In this document: positions 38,070-50,233 of the stretch, one piece after another
How positions within the stretch are numbered: position 1 is the first letter of the stretch
Layout of the letters: each line of letters begins with the position of its first letter
DNA from: Ministeria vibrans ATCC 50519
Lineage: Eukaryota; Protista; Filasterea
NCBI GenBank assembly: GCA_943704425.1
Contig: CALSCP010002121.1
Location: 44,624-108,623, forward strand
Direction of reading: 5' to 3'
Length of the DNA stretch: 64,000 nt
Program-made: the position numbers and the translations under genes
The notes under the pieces: generated by a model
What the model saw: the letters and a program-made list of their open reading frames with translations, nothing else
The model's database searches: none
What the model was told of the DNA's origin: nothing

Positions 38070-41000
38070 TTACTCTTCGAGCTCCAGCTCAAGTTCACTT
38101 CCATCGTCTTGTTGCATCTTGACATCCCCGTCTTCATCCACCTCATCCTCTTCCTGTTCACCACCATTTTCTTCTTCATCATCACATTTTTCTTCTTCGT
38201 CTTCCTTCTCCTTCTCCTCCATCTCTTCGACGCCAATGACTGACTCATCGTCCGCCTTGTCGGCGGCCACATCGGGACGCTCTGTCTTGCGAAACACAAG
38301 CGAGACCCACTCGCTTGGGACGTGGTGCAGGAGACCGTCGAGCGTCTCGGCCTTAAACGGCTGCTGATAGTGGTCCCACGAGAGCAACTGGGACATTTCG
38401 TCCTTGGCACCGCTGTTGGCGCCCGCCTTGGTGCGTCGCATGTCGGCTGGTATGACTCGCCCGCCACCTGACGTCGACATGCGCACACCAGCGACAATGC
38501 GAGCGGGTGCTTGTTTGCCGGGGCAGTCGCACGGAAGCAAATCGTGCGTGTCCGACAGCGTGTCGGTGCGCAGCGTAAACAAGTTGCGCAGCTGGTCGCG
38601 ACTAAACTGCAGAGTCATCTTGCCACCCGATCCACCACTGCTGCCGCCACCGCCGCCGCCTTCGTCTTTTCCATCGCCCCCTATGCCACCGTCGACAATA
38701 GCACCGCTCAGACTCATCTTGGTCACTTGACGTTGGAAGATTTTTTCCTCAATGGTGCCGACGGTGAGAAACCTATAAATATGGACGTTGCGCTGTTGAC
38801 CGTCGCGCCAGATCCGCGCCATCGCCTGCAGATCGTTGGCGGGGTTCCAGTCAATGTCGAAGAGGACGAGACGCGATGCGCCCACCAGGTTGAGACCGAC
38901 ACCGCCCGCCTTGCTGCTAAGTAAGAAGATGAATGTCTTGGAGTAGGAGGCGTTGAACTGGTTGACGAGGTCCTGACGCTTGGCGGTGGGTGTCGAGCCG
39001 TCGAGACGGAGAAAAGGGTAGTCGCAGTCGCGGCACATGCGCCCGAGCAAATCGAGCGTTTGCGTAAAGTTGGAGACAAGCACCACACGCTCGCTGGTGT
39101 CGGCACGCAATCGAGCCAGAAGCGACATAAGCACCTGTAGCTTGCCCGAGTGTTGGGAGAGCTCGCTGAAGGAGGTGTGCGTCTCGTCAAGCGGGTCGTA
39201 GTCGGCCGGATAAAGCGCGTCGATGCCTTCAAAGAGCTGTCGTTCGCCGCTACCACTCGAGCCGGTCTGGTCGGCGCGCGCATCAATGGCCTTGGGGTGC
39301 ACCAGCGAGGGGTCGTTACAAATCTTCTTGAGGCCTGTGATGCACTGGAGATGGTGACCGGCGCCGACACCGCTGCCGCCCGAGTCAGCGAGACACTGAC
39401 GGAGCACGGGTGACTTGACAACCTTGTCGTACACACTCAGTTGCAGGTCGCTGGGACGGCAAAAGATGACGTACTCCGTCTTGGGCGGCAGATACTTTTT
39501 GTTGACTTGTGCAGTGCGTCGCAGCACAAAGAGACCGACGAGACGGTTGAGCTCAAGGGCGCGTGCCTCACCCAGTCGCTTTTGTTCGTCGGTGGCGTCC
39601 GTCTGGCGCGACTGCACAATGGGCGCCTCGTAGACGCGACGAAAAGAGGCACTCGAGCCTACAATGCCCGGGTTGCAAAAGTCCACGACGGCAAAGAATT
39701 CGCCCAAATCGTTTTGCAGCGGGGTGCCACTGAGCACAATGCGACGGAGTGTTGAGAGACTCCGCAACGCCTTGGACACCTTGGCGTCCTCGTTCTTGAC
39801 ACGGTGACCCTCATCGCAAATGACCAGGTCAAACTGAATCTTGCTGAGCACCCCAATGGTCTGACGGAGCATCTCGTAGCTGATGAGCAGAACGGGATAC
39901 ACGGCGGTGCCCAGATAATCCTCGACGCGTGAGCCGGCTGCTGTGCTCACGCCAAAGACACGTAGACGTTCGTTGCCCAGCCACTTTTTGATTTCACGTT
40001 GCCAATTCTTTACAAGGCTACTCGGCGTGACAATGATGACGCGTTTCGCCAGAGGCGCCGTGCCCGCAAAAGGAGTCTCTACAAATATAATTATTATTAT
40101 TATTATTATTTCAATAAAATAAAAATTATTACAATAGTAATAATAATATTATTTTTTATACGCTTGAGCATGGTCCACACAAGGGAGATGCATTGAATGG
40201 TTTTGCCGAGACCCATTTCGTCGGCGAGAATGGCACCGCGACCGTCAAAGTCACGCAGGCCCATGACACACTCATAGAGGAATTGCACACCGGCAATCTG
40301 GTGGGGTCGCAGCTTATCCCCGAGGTACGGGTCCACGACCACATCAATAATTTTTGAATTGGCAAAGCCAGCGTTGCGAGCTTGTGTGGCGGTGACACGG
40401 CGCATTACAATGGCGTTGCTTGAGGCGGGGTCGTGACGCGGCTGCATGGTCTGCTGGTTCACCTTGGGCTCTGCCTCGCGACCTTCGGCAGCGTGACTCT
40501 TGAACTTGGTCATGGCCTTGGTGGGTCCCTTGGCCTTGATGGGCGCCGACGAGTCGACACTACTGCCCACCTGACGAAAGCACTTGCCACTGTCGTAGTC
40601 TTCGTTTTTGATTCTTGCGCCCACCTCGACCTCCTTGGACGAGACGAAGATGGACTCGCCATCGACAAGTCGACTTAACTCCTTGGCCGAGTAGTTGCGT
40701 GTCTTTCCCAGCTCCTTGCCTTCCAAGTCCTGAAGCGTTGCCCTAAAAATAAAAAAGGTAGAATTGAGGTTGTGACGGACGGACGATGCGTAAGAAACGT
40801 GTGCACAAGTCGATATTTACGTTCTTCCACGCACTACGAGAATAGCATCACTCTCCCATTTCTTGTGCTTCTTGTTGGACGCCTTGCACCACATGCACCG
40901 GTAGTAGCGAGGCTGAAATGGAAAGAAGAAGACGGGGGGAGGGGGTTCAAAGCTTGTTTCGAGCGAGTTTTTGTGCTTTGCTCACCTTTTCCGAGCCGTC

Positions 41001-41381
41001 GTCGTCTTGCAGCTCCGGACGCTTGCCCATGCTACTCGGCAGTGAGATGGTGGCCTTGGCAACGGCAGTCGACGGCACACGTGAGGCTGAAGAGGCGGCC
41101 GAGGCTGATGTTGCCTTTTGAATGGCCAACGGCTGGCGAAACGAGCTGAGGAACGCGGAGCGAGGAGCGACCCTGGCAGGTTTGGCTGTGGCGGCAGATG
41201 ATGATGGTGATGATAATGTAGTGGTGGTCGATGTTGATGTTGCTGCGGCGTCAGTGGGCGATGGGACGGCTGGCGCGACGGGAGCGGGGCTCGTTACGTT
41301 TTCGTCGCTGTCGAGTCGCGGTTTTTTCAAAGCAGGCCGAATATTGGCCATTCGCGACGAGGGTGCCGCTGATCGTCGCAT
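38070..41381 (-). CDS. RAD54B: RAD54B/Rdh54 SNF2-family translocase
   Basis: MRRSAAPS start, WCKASNKKHKKWESDA, ILADEMGLGKT, CDEGHR, SGTPLQND, QAMARIWRDGQ. Confidence 0.93.
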
Positions 41382-42122
41382 ACTACAAGTCTTTTCAAGT
41401 GGGTCTTTACAAAAATCAGAGAGGCGTGCGACAGGTTGTTGAGAGACTGGAGGTCGAAGAAAATAAAAATGAATAGTCAAAAAAAAATTTTTTTGCGATC
41501 AGTTGCCGGATTGGGGCAGACAACACTGAATACACAGCCCATCAACTAGCAACTACACTGAGTACGCTTGTCGCTCGGGGTTGTTCACGTTGGGCAATGT
41601 GATTCAAGAGGAATCGTCCATCGTGCGACCCACATTTAGTGAGAAGAAATAAGGACTTTGCGAAAGAGGCATTTTTTGCGCAACCGTTTCCCTCTTATCG
41701 CGCCCAGGATCCCGGTGCAGCAGAGGGTTGGTGTTAGAAATTCGTTTCTGGCGTCGCTCTCCGAGGTTGTATTGGGCCAGAGGCAGTGACAGAGTGAGAA
41801 AAGGATGCATCAAAACCCTGTTCGAGTAGCTTTTACCGTGGCTCGTTCAGGACCTGTGTGTAACCACATCTGATTTTTTTTATTTATTTACTTTTTTGAT
41901 TTCGTATTTGTGATGGGTGATGGGTGAACGTTGAGTACTGAGTAGCGTGTTGAATGTTGAGGGTTTCCTATACTGCTTTTGTGATTTCACTGATGACTGA
42001 TTTGTATTTTTGTCGCGGTTGAACCAAATTAGCACTTTATTGTATTCTTTGAAATCTAAATAAATATACTCTAAGCGACGTTAAAAACACGTTATTGTGT
42101 TTGTACTAACGAGTGATCACTG

Positions 42123-44252
42123 ATGAGCAACGAAGCGGTCGAAAATTTCTTGGTTGGTGCAGTGGAAGGTGATCTTGTCTCTCTTTTCCTCTCGCTTCTG
42201 CCTTTCTCTGTGTCTGATCGGCTTACCTCTCATAAACAGGGTTCTACGGACGACCGTGGACTCCGTCGCAACGCGACGAGTTGTTCCAACACTTTGGAGA
42301 ATGGAAACTCAACGTTTATATGTATGCACCCAAGGTAATGAAACGCCGCACGGTACGGCTCCCTCTAACCGCGAAATGCCTCAAGGACGACAAGAAGCAC
42401 CGCGCTGCATGGCGGCAGTTGTACAGCGAGTCGGAGGCGGAGGAGATTGCACGTCTGATTCGCGAGGCGCACAAGCACAACGTCCACTTTATTTATGCCC
42501 TCTCGCCGGGTCTCGACTTGCGATTCGACGACGACGCCGACACGCAGCTGGTGGTGCGCAAGCTGGAACAAATTGCCTTGCTGGGGTGTCAGCATTTTGC
42601 GCTGCTCTGGGACGACATTGAGCTTGGTGATCCGCTCAGTGACGCGGCTCTCGCCCAGTTTGGCTCGCCCGCTCGCGCCCAGTCGGCCATTACGAACCGT
42701 GTCCGCGATGCGCTTGCCAAGGCATCGGTGGCACCCCAACGTTTTTACTTTTGCCCCACCGAGTACTGTGCGGAGCGATGTGCGCCGTCGGTACACGACT
42801 CGGCCTACTTGCGGGAGGTGGGCGAACACCTGAGCACGGATATTGATGTCTTCTGGACAGGACCGTGCATTCTGTCTGAACACATTTCCGAGGCAAGCAT
42901 CGACGAGGTGACAGCCGTGCTGCGTCGCAAGCCGTTTGTTTGGGACAATCTACATGCCAACGACTACGACCAGCGTCGCGTCTACCTGGGGCCCTACTGT
43001 GGCCGTCCGGCTGCGCTGCGACACAAACTGGCTGGGATTCTCTCCAATGCCAATTGCGAGTACCCCTGCAATTTTGTGCCGTTGCGCACACTGGCTCGTT
43101 GGTCGACGGACGGCGAGGCGTACGAAGCGCGCACGGCGTACGAGGACGCGTGTGCCGAGTGGACCGCCGCCTTTGCGACCAGTGTGCCGAGTTCGACGCC
43201 CGTCTCCGTCGACGACGTCACCCTGCTCGGCGATCTGTTTTATCTGCCGTACGAGACAGGTCCGCAGGCAGTGCAGCTGCGCGATGCCTTTGTGCAGCTG
43301 TGTGGACACAGCGACAGGCCAGAACAAGAGTGGGGGGCACAGCGTGAAGCAGTGGTGACAACTATTGGTCGCATTGTGGACATGTTCACGCGACTCACCG
43401 AGATGGACAATCGTGATCTGCTCTATGCATTGTACAGTTATGTGTGGGACGTCAAGGAGATTGCGCTGGTGATGCGCCACTACCTCACCTGGCTCAGCAA
43501 CGATACTGATGATGGTCGTCGACGACGACGAGAGCCGCACGAGCGTTTTTCACACGCCGAAGTGCGTCCGCTCATCTGGAATGGGGGGTTCCTTGCGGAC
43601 ATGCACCGTTTGCTGCCGATGGACCAGCGCACAGGGACACTGCAGTGTGTCGCGTCGTGTGCGCGTGTCTCGCCCTATGTGGTGCGACCGTACAATGGGG
43701 CGCGAAAGGGTGAGCTTGCGGGGGTGTACTCGACGTGTCTGCAGACGGGGATGGAGGGCCAAGACGGCACGAGGGCCTTCCCGCACCACCCGACACTGAT
43801 TGGTGAGCGATGGGTTGGACCCTATGTGCATCTGGAGGCGCACTTGGCGTTTGTGCTTGAGCACGAGGGGGCTGTCGTGGGCTATGTGCTGGGTGCCCTT
43901 GACTCACGCGACTTCTACACACGCATGCATGATCACTACCTGCCCGCCCTGTGTGAAAAGTACCCGCGCGACAACACAACACAACTACTCACGTCGGCCG
44001 AGCACGAAGTCGTCGAGTCGCTTCACTCCTTTCGTGTCGACGAGTGGGAGCGTTTTTTTGCCGAGTATCCCTCGCACCTGCACATTGATCTGAAGCCTTC
44101 TGCGCAAGGTCAGTCAAACTGAAAAACAAGAAGTGGGGAGTAGAGAGTTTGAGAGAGAGGAGAGAGAGAGAGAGTTTGAGAGAGAGAGAGAGTTTGAGAG
44201 AGAGAGTTTGAGAGAGAGAGTTTGAGAGTTTGAGAGTTTGAGAGTTTGAGAG

Positions 44253-44306
<54 letters not shown>

Positions 44307-44539
44307 GNNNNNNNNNNNNNNNNNNNNNNNNNNNNNNNNNNNNNNNNNNNNNNNNNNNNNNNNNNNNNNNNNNNNNNNNNNNNNNNNNNNNNNNNNNNNN
44401 NNNNNNNNNNNNNNNNNNNNNNNNNNNNNNNNNNNNNNNNNNNNNNNNNNNNNNAGAGAGAGAGAGAGAGAGAGTTTGAGAGAGAGAGAGTTTGAGAGAG
44501 AGAGAAAGAGAGAGAAAGAGAGAGGAGAAAGAAACAAAG

Positions 44540-44616
<77 letters not shown>

Positions 44617-45021
44617 AAAGAAACAAAGTGATAGAGAGAGAGAGAAGAGAAAGAAACAAAGTGATAGAGGGAGAGTGATTGAGAGAGAGAAACAAAGTGT
44701 GAGAGAGACAAAGTGATAGAGGGAGAGAGAAGCAAAGTGATAGAGAGAAAGGAAGACAGCGAGAGAACTAAGTAATAGTGTGTGTGTGTGTTTGTCTTTG
44801 AGACAAAAATAGAGGTTAACTAACGCCCCCGTTTGTTAGGAATGGGACTGGGAGTGACCATGATTGAGACGCTGTTGGGGCAGTTGCGCGCGCTTGGCTC
44901 GACGGGAGTGCACCTGCAGATGGCCCCTGCCAATGCCCGTGCTCTACGTTTCTACCGTCGCTTGGGCTTCCACCAGATTCATATAGATTCCGACGATCTC
45001 TTGTTGGGTTTGAAACTCTGA
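42123..45021 (+). CDS. OGA: O-GlcNAcase (GH84) with C-terminal GNAT domain
   Basis: GAVEGFYGRPW, YMYAPKDD, FALLWDDI (catalytic DD), FCPTEYC, WDNLHANDYD; GNAT part YPSHLHID..AQG|MGLG..NARALRFYRRLGF. Confidence 0.93.
44140..44302. repeat. (GA)n with GAGAGTTT/GAGTTT units in the OGA intron
   Basis: Direct observation. Confidence 0.9.
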
Positions 45022-45153
45022 ATCTTTCTCTCTTCGTTTTTCTTTTTGTTGATTGATTGTATTGGATAGAATTCAAAGAGAAAACAAAAAACAGGGTGTG
45101 AATGTAGGGTGTGATAAAGAGAGCGAGAAAGCAGGTACAACAGACGGACGCAT

Positions 45154-46240
45154 CTAGTAATTTTGGCCAATGAGGTACTCTGCGAGCTTCTCAACGACAG
45201 TGTTGCAACGGCCCGGCTGCATAGTATCGTCGAAGAAACCCACCAGGACGCACTGCTTGCAGAGCGAGATGCACAGACCAGTCTGGCCCTTGCGGCAGTA
45301 AATGTGCAGGTTAGGTTCGTGACTGCAAAACGACGGTGGTGTGAGTGCGAATGGAAAAGAAAACTGTTGGCCAAAAAGCGGAATGCATACCGGAGGTACA
45401 TGTACTTGGTGCCAGCGATGTGTACGCCGCTCGTGTAAAGCTCCTGGGCCTCGGTTTGCTTGATGTTGGCGACAATCTTGACAATCTCAGCGGCAGTGAC
45501 CTAAACCCCCAGAAAAACAAAAGACGAATGGCTGTTATTGACAGCAGCTGTGTGGTTGTGTCTCAGAGGAGCGGCGTCACACCGACAGCACGCCCTGTCA
45601 AGCGGTCATTGTCGACTTTTTTTTAGAAGAGTGTGAATCATATCATCAGCAGTTTGCCTCAACACCACCACATCGTTGCCGGCGAAGGGTCCACAGTGGC
45701 CTTTGCACACGCGTCCGCACAGGCAGACACGATGCGAACACGCATACAATGCAGAATCCACCGCACAAAAGTCACTTTCTTGCTTTTTTTTTTCTTTTTT
45801 TTTTCGGTCGAAGGAGAAAAACCAGTACACACCAGCGTCTGGTAAGCACAAGATAGTTTGGAATAAGGAAACGGGATCGTGCAGACGTGAACGCGATGCA
45901 AAGAAACGCGGAAAGCGCCAGTTGGGAGAGCAACAGAAGTGAGAAAAAAGATTGGAACAAAAAAAAAAAGAAAAAGGAACGGAAATCACTGTCACGCGGT
46001 CGAATCACTAACGCCGATGTGTATAAGTGGCGGGAGATGAGAACGACAAGGCAGTGGGGGTCGATGATTCAAACGATAGCGAACACGTAAAAAAAAAAAA
46101 AAAAAAGACCCGAAAAATGGGGTGTAGGGGAGAGAGAGGGCTGGGTGGGGCCGACGAGGCGGGAGCGAAGGGGTGGTGCAAGGGCCCTATGTGCGCGAGG
46201 GTGTGTGTGGTGGGCGGGACGTCGTGATAAAACGTCGAAA

Positions 46241-46277
<37 letters not shown>

Positions 46278-46412
46278 TTTCGTGAATGAGAGGCAAAAGA
46301 GGAAAACTTACGTTGAAACCGGGACTGGCAGCCCACTTTGCTCCGTTATGACCGTAGCTGCAAGGGAGAAGAGGAGAAGGCGAAGGGAAGGACGAGGGAG
46401 GGAGGGAGGGAG

Positions 46413-46447
<35 letters not shown>

Positions 46448-46564
46448 CGACGTCAGCGACTGCTCATCATCCCACATTTGGGCTTTCTCAGCGACGTACA
46501 TGCCGGCGTGCTTGACCATGCCGGTGCCGACGAGGTTCTTGTCAACGTATTGTTGCCAGCTCAT
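45154..46564 (-). CDS. Profilin, 4 exons
   Basis: MSWQQYVDKNLVGTG..IYGHNGAKWAASPGF..GVHIAGTKYMYLR..MQPGRCNTVVEKLAEYLIGQNY*. Confidence 0.93.
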
Positions 46565-46717
46565 GTTATTTTATGTGTTATTAAAGGGTATTGGACAAAA
46601 GAGTGAAAAAAAAAATAGTCGATCATTCATTTGTGATAATGTTTGATCTCTCGACTCTCGATGGGCTTTGAAAGCTCGACTCTCGACTCTCGACAAGTCT
46701 TTTCAGCTTGCTCCAAC

Positions 46718-47419
46718 ATGATCTTTTCTATGTATATATTTTCACGGAGTGGCCTGTGTCTGTATTCGTCGGTGTGGAAGAGGCCAGTGGCGTCGGCATT
46801 GACAGAAGAAGAGGTTTTGTCAAAAAAAAAATGTTTGGTGTCGACACTTTGGGAGTGACAGGGGCGTCTGGCATGCTGTGTGCGCAAGAAGGAAGTCTTT
46901 GTCGCTCACGCGCGCGTCTGAATTGCAGGAGTTTAAGTTGATTTTCGGGATGTTGTTCTCGCTCAAGAGCTTTGTCAATCGGGTCGCCCCTGTGCCCGTC
47001 AGCCAGGGCTTTCTCAGCTATTCCACAAGGTGACGTGCCACACGCCGCGAGGCGCAAGGCACTGCTGCTCTAACAAGTGTGCTTCGTTTGTTTCTGTCTT
47101 CTTCAGTGGGTACAAGTTGCATCACTTTGAGACAGCCACTGGCTACAAGTTTGTGCTGCTCACCGACCCGTCCGTCGAGAATATTATGGACACTCTCGAA
47201 CAGGTAGCAAACGCACCAGTGATGGGGGGAGAAGAATGGTTGGAGATGATTTTGTGTGTGTGTGTGTGTGTGTCTGTCTGTCTGTCTGTCTAGGTGTATC
47301 AGAAGTGTTTTGTCGAGTATTGTGTGAAGAATCCCTTATGGCAGCGTGACCAGCCCATTACGAGCGAGCTATTTAACGAGCGTCTCAATGCCTATATCAA
47401 GCAACTTTCGTTTTTTTGA
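46718..47419 (+). CDS. TRAPPC1: TRAPP complex subunit 1 (Bet5), 4 exons
   Basis: YIFSRSGLCLY, KLIFGMLFSLKSFV, YKLHHFETATGYKFVLLTD, FVEYCVKNPL. Confidence 0.92.
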
Positions 47420-47553
47420 CGAGACAGACAGAGAGGGAATGCGAAGAGAGAGAGAGAGAGGAGAGAGATGTAACATTGAAATAAGAGCTGATTGTTTAAT
47501 ACTACAAGAAAATTTCAGGAGGATACTTGGCGTGAGATGACATGATCTAGCAT

Positions 47554-48257
47554 TCAAGTGGTGGTTGCGGGCTGTTCTTTTTCGGCGGGCAGAAACTTGA
47601 TGGGATTCCGTCTGAAGATGGGCCAAGGCGGAATGGTCACCTAAAGAGAGGCGAATGAATGAGAGAATTGTGCCATGGAGTGTGTAATAGAGAGAGAGAG
47701 AGAGAGAGAGGGAGTGGGGGGAGCAAGAGGGGTGCAGAAGAGAGAGAGGAGAGCGTGAGAGAGCGAGCGCGTACGTGTGAGTGTGAGTGAGTGAGTGAGT
47801 GAGTGTGTGTGATGTGGATGTGTGTGTGTGTGTCAGAGAGATTGAAATGATGGGTTTGCTCCCTATGCACATCAAGAGAACATATCATCGACGGAAGGGC
47901 GAGCCAAGACTCTTGTAGCATCAACGCACGGGGGTGGCAGACGGATGGGGCATGGTTGGATTGGCACAGCGTTGCAAAAACACAGAAAAGACAACTGAAT
48001 ACGTTTCTGCTTACGAGTGAAGCGAGAGAGAAGCCAGCGACTACGACAAAGGCAGTCTGGAGAAACTCATCGCATACAATGCCCCAGATCAGGCCGATGA
48101 CCTGATTTGAGCAGGTGGCAATTGTCAGGAGATGAAAAGTGTTTTTTTTCTTCTCTTTTCTTTGTTGCAGTCTAACCGCGAAGAAGACGACAATACGTTG
48201 GTAGACTTCCTCGGCGAACTTTTGACCAGCGTAGTCCACGTGCGTAGCAAGAGCCAT
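47554..48257 (-). CDS. SPCS1: Signal peptidase complex subunit 1 (SPC12), 3 exons
   Basis: VDYAGQKFAEEVYQ, two TM segments, VTIPPWPIFRRNPIKF. Confidence 0.9.
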
Positions 48258-48325
48258 AACAAAAAGACAAAAATGAAATGTAAATATGTAATTAATTGTA
48301 ATTTGATATTATTTTCTCATTTATT

Positions 48326-50111
48326 TTATTGGCTGTCCACTCCATGACGCATCAACACGCGCAACACATCCGTCAGCGAGACAATACCCACCGGTCTATA
48401 ACGTAAAAGACATAAAACAGTAAGACGTGATACTTCTTCTCTTATAATTATTATTACTTCATGTCTTTCTGAGACTCATCCTTCACAATAATGAGATGAT
48501 GCACACGATGCTCGACGAAGCGCTCAATAGCCCGCTTGAACGCAGTTCCGCGCTCAACGACAAATAGTCGGTTGCGCAGTGCCGAGTGCCGAGTGCGCAT
48601 TCCGTGTTTCCCATGTTTACCTAAAAAGGGGGGAGAAATTTTTTATTATTATTATTGTAATAATAACTAAAAATAATTACCTGCTTGACGACGCGAAAGA
48701 AAGGTCGCTGCTGTCTCTCCCAGACTCTTTGCCAGAGCGTGTTCGGCGACTCCCTTGAGGTCCGTTGCGCTGATTACATCCTGAAGGTATCCTGCGCCGT
48801 CAAGCACCGCCACACATGAAACCTTTATGCATCACAAATTGAATAGGTCGTTATATTGAGCTCTTTAATTCTTACTTTGTTGTCAACCATTGTTTTAAAC
48901 ACATCGCGCATGACCGCAGACTGATCAACGGAGACCAGGCCGGATTTTTCGCCAAGCAGGCCACTAATGGACTGTGCGCCCAACCAGCCCATGTCGGCGT
49001 GCGCCCACACGAACCGCACAATGTCCGCCTAAAAAAAGAAATTAATAATAGTATTATTAGAGTATATATAGTGTTGAGAAGACTGTACTCAAAATGCTGT
49101 GTACCTGTGAGATAATACCGGTAATATGTCCGTATTCGTTGAAAATCGCAACGCGATGTTGCAAAAGCTGACACATAACATAACATAAGTACTTTTTTCC
49201 CTCTGGATCTTTCGGTAGGCGAACCTTTTTGTCGGCTGCCGCTAGGAAAGTGGTCTTAATCAGGTCTTTGATTGACATTGTGGTGCTAGTTCGGAACAGA
49301 AGCGCCCCATCGCGGGCCAGGACCTAATAATATATTAGAAAATATCATGTAAATTTCAGTGCTTCCGCTATATTATAAACTCATATTACAGACAACTACT
49401 TGCAATTTTTCCGAAAAGAGTTTATACTAGGTCCACTGATTATAATCATCAGATAAAGCCATTATTGCCATAATATATATAATAAGGGGTTTGAAGAAAA
49501 TTCAAAACAAAAAAAAAAAAAAAAAAAACAATTAATCCTCACTTGAATCAGAAGTTGCGACATGGCATTCGCGTCAGTCGAAATTGCGACTGCCAGTTGC
49601 GCAGTGTCGACAAAGCCAAGAAACTGTCCGTCGGTGTCAATGTCGTTGTCGTCGACAAGACCGCCCGACAGCACAACGGGCGCCGAATGAACTTTGCTGT
49701 GCGCCAAAGTCTGTCAAAGTCAAACACAGACAACGCACACCAAAATTAATCACCACGAAACATGCATATCTTGACTGGCCACATTCATCCGAGGGCCCAC
49801 GTGATCACGTGTCAGTGAGCCATTCACATGCGTATTGTGTGAATTGTGTTTTTTCTATATACATGTCTTCAACTTCTCGCACCTTTTTAGGGGAAGTGCG
49901 AGAAAATTGTTCTTCGTCAAAAATGACATACCTCGAGTCCTGAACGCACCGACATGTTGTGGTTCAATACAACGGGACGACGTGGGTGCTCGCTGAGCAA
50001 CGATTGAACTGTGGAGTTGAGAACGTCGCGACAAGCCTTTCGGGGCTTTTTTGCTTGTGATTCCCCAATTGAATCGTCGCCCAACCGTTTTACTGCTGAC
50101 TGCCCAGACAT
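48326..50111 (-). CDS. CBS-domain protein (Sds23/AMPK-gamma-like), multi-exon
   Basis: KVHSAPV..FLGFVD, HRVAIFNEYGHITGIISQ, FVEHRVHHLIIV, PVGIVSLTDVL. Confidence 0.75.
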
Positions 50112-50233
50112 CTTAAAGATTATTTAGATTTTAGATTATTATTATAAAGCAGTGTTTAAAAGGAAAAATAATAGAAATATTTTCAAATTATTTCCAGTTT
50201 CAATTATTTTCATTTTTCATTCGTTTTCGTGCC

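Noticed and set aside
43989-44735. Low-complexity ORFs ([18 protein letters not shown]) and antisense ORFs in the track
   Set aside because: They are translations of microsatellites, N gaps or the GC-rich opposite strand of real genes.
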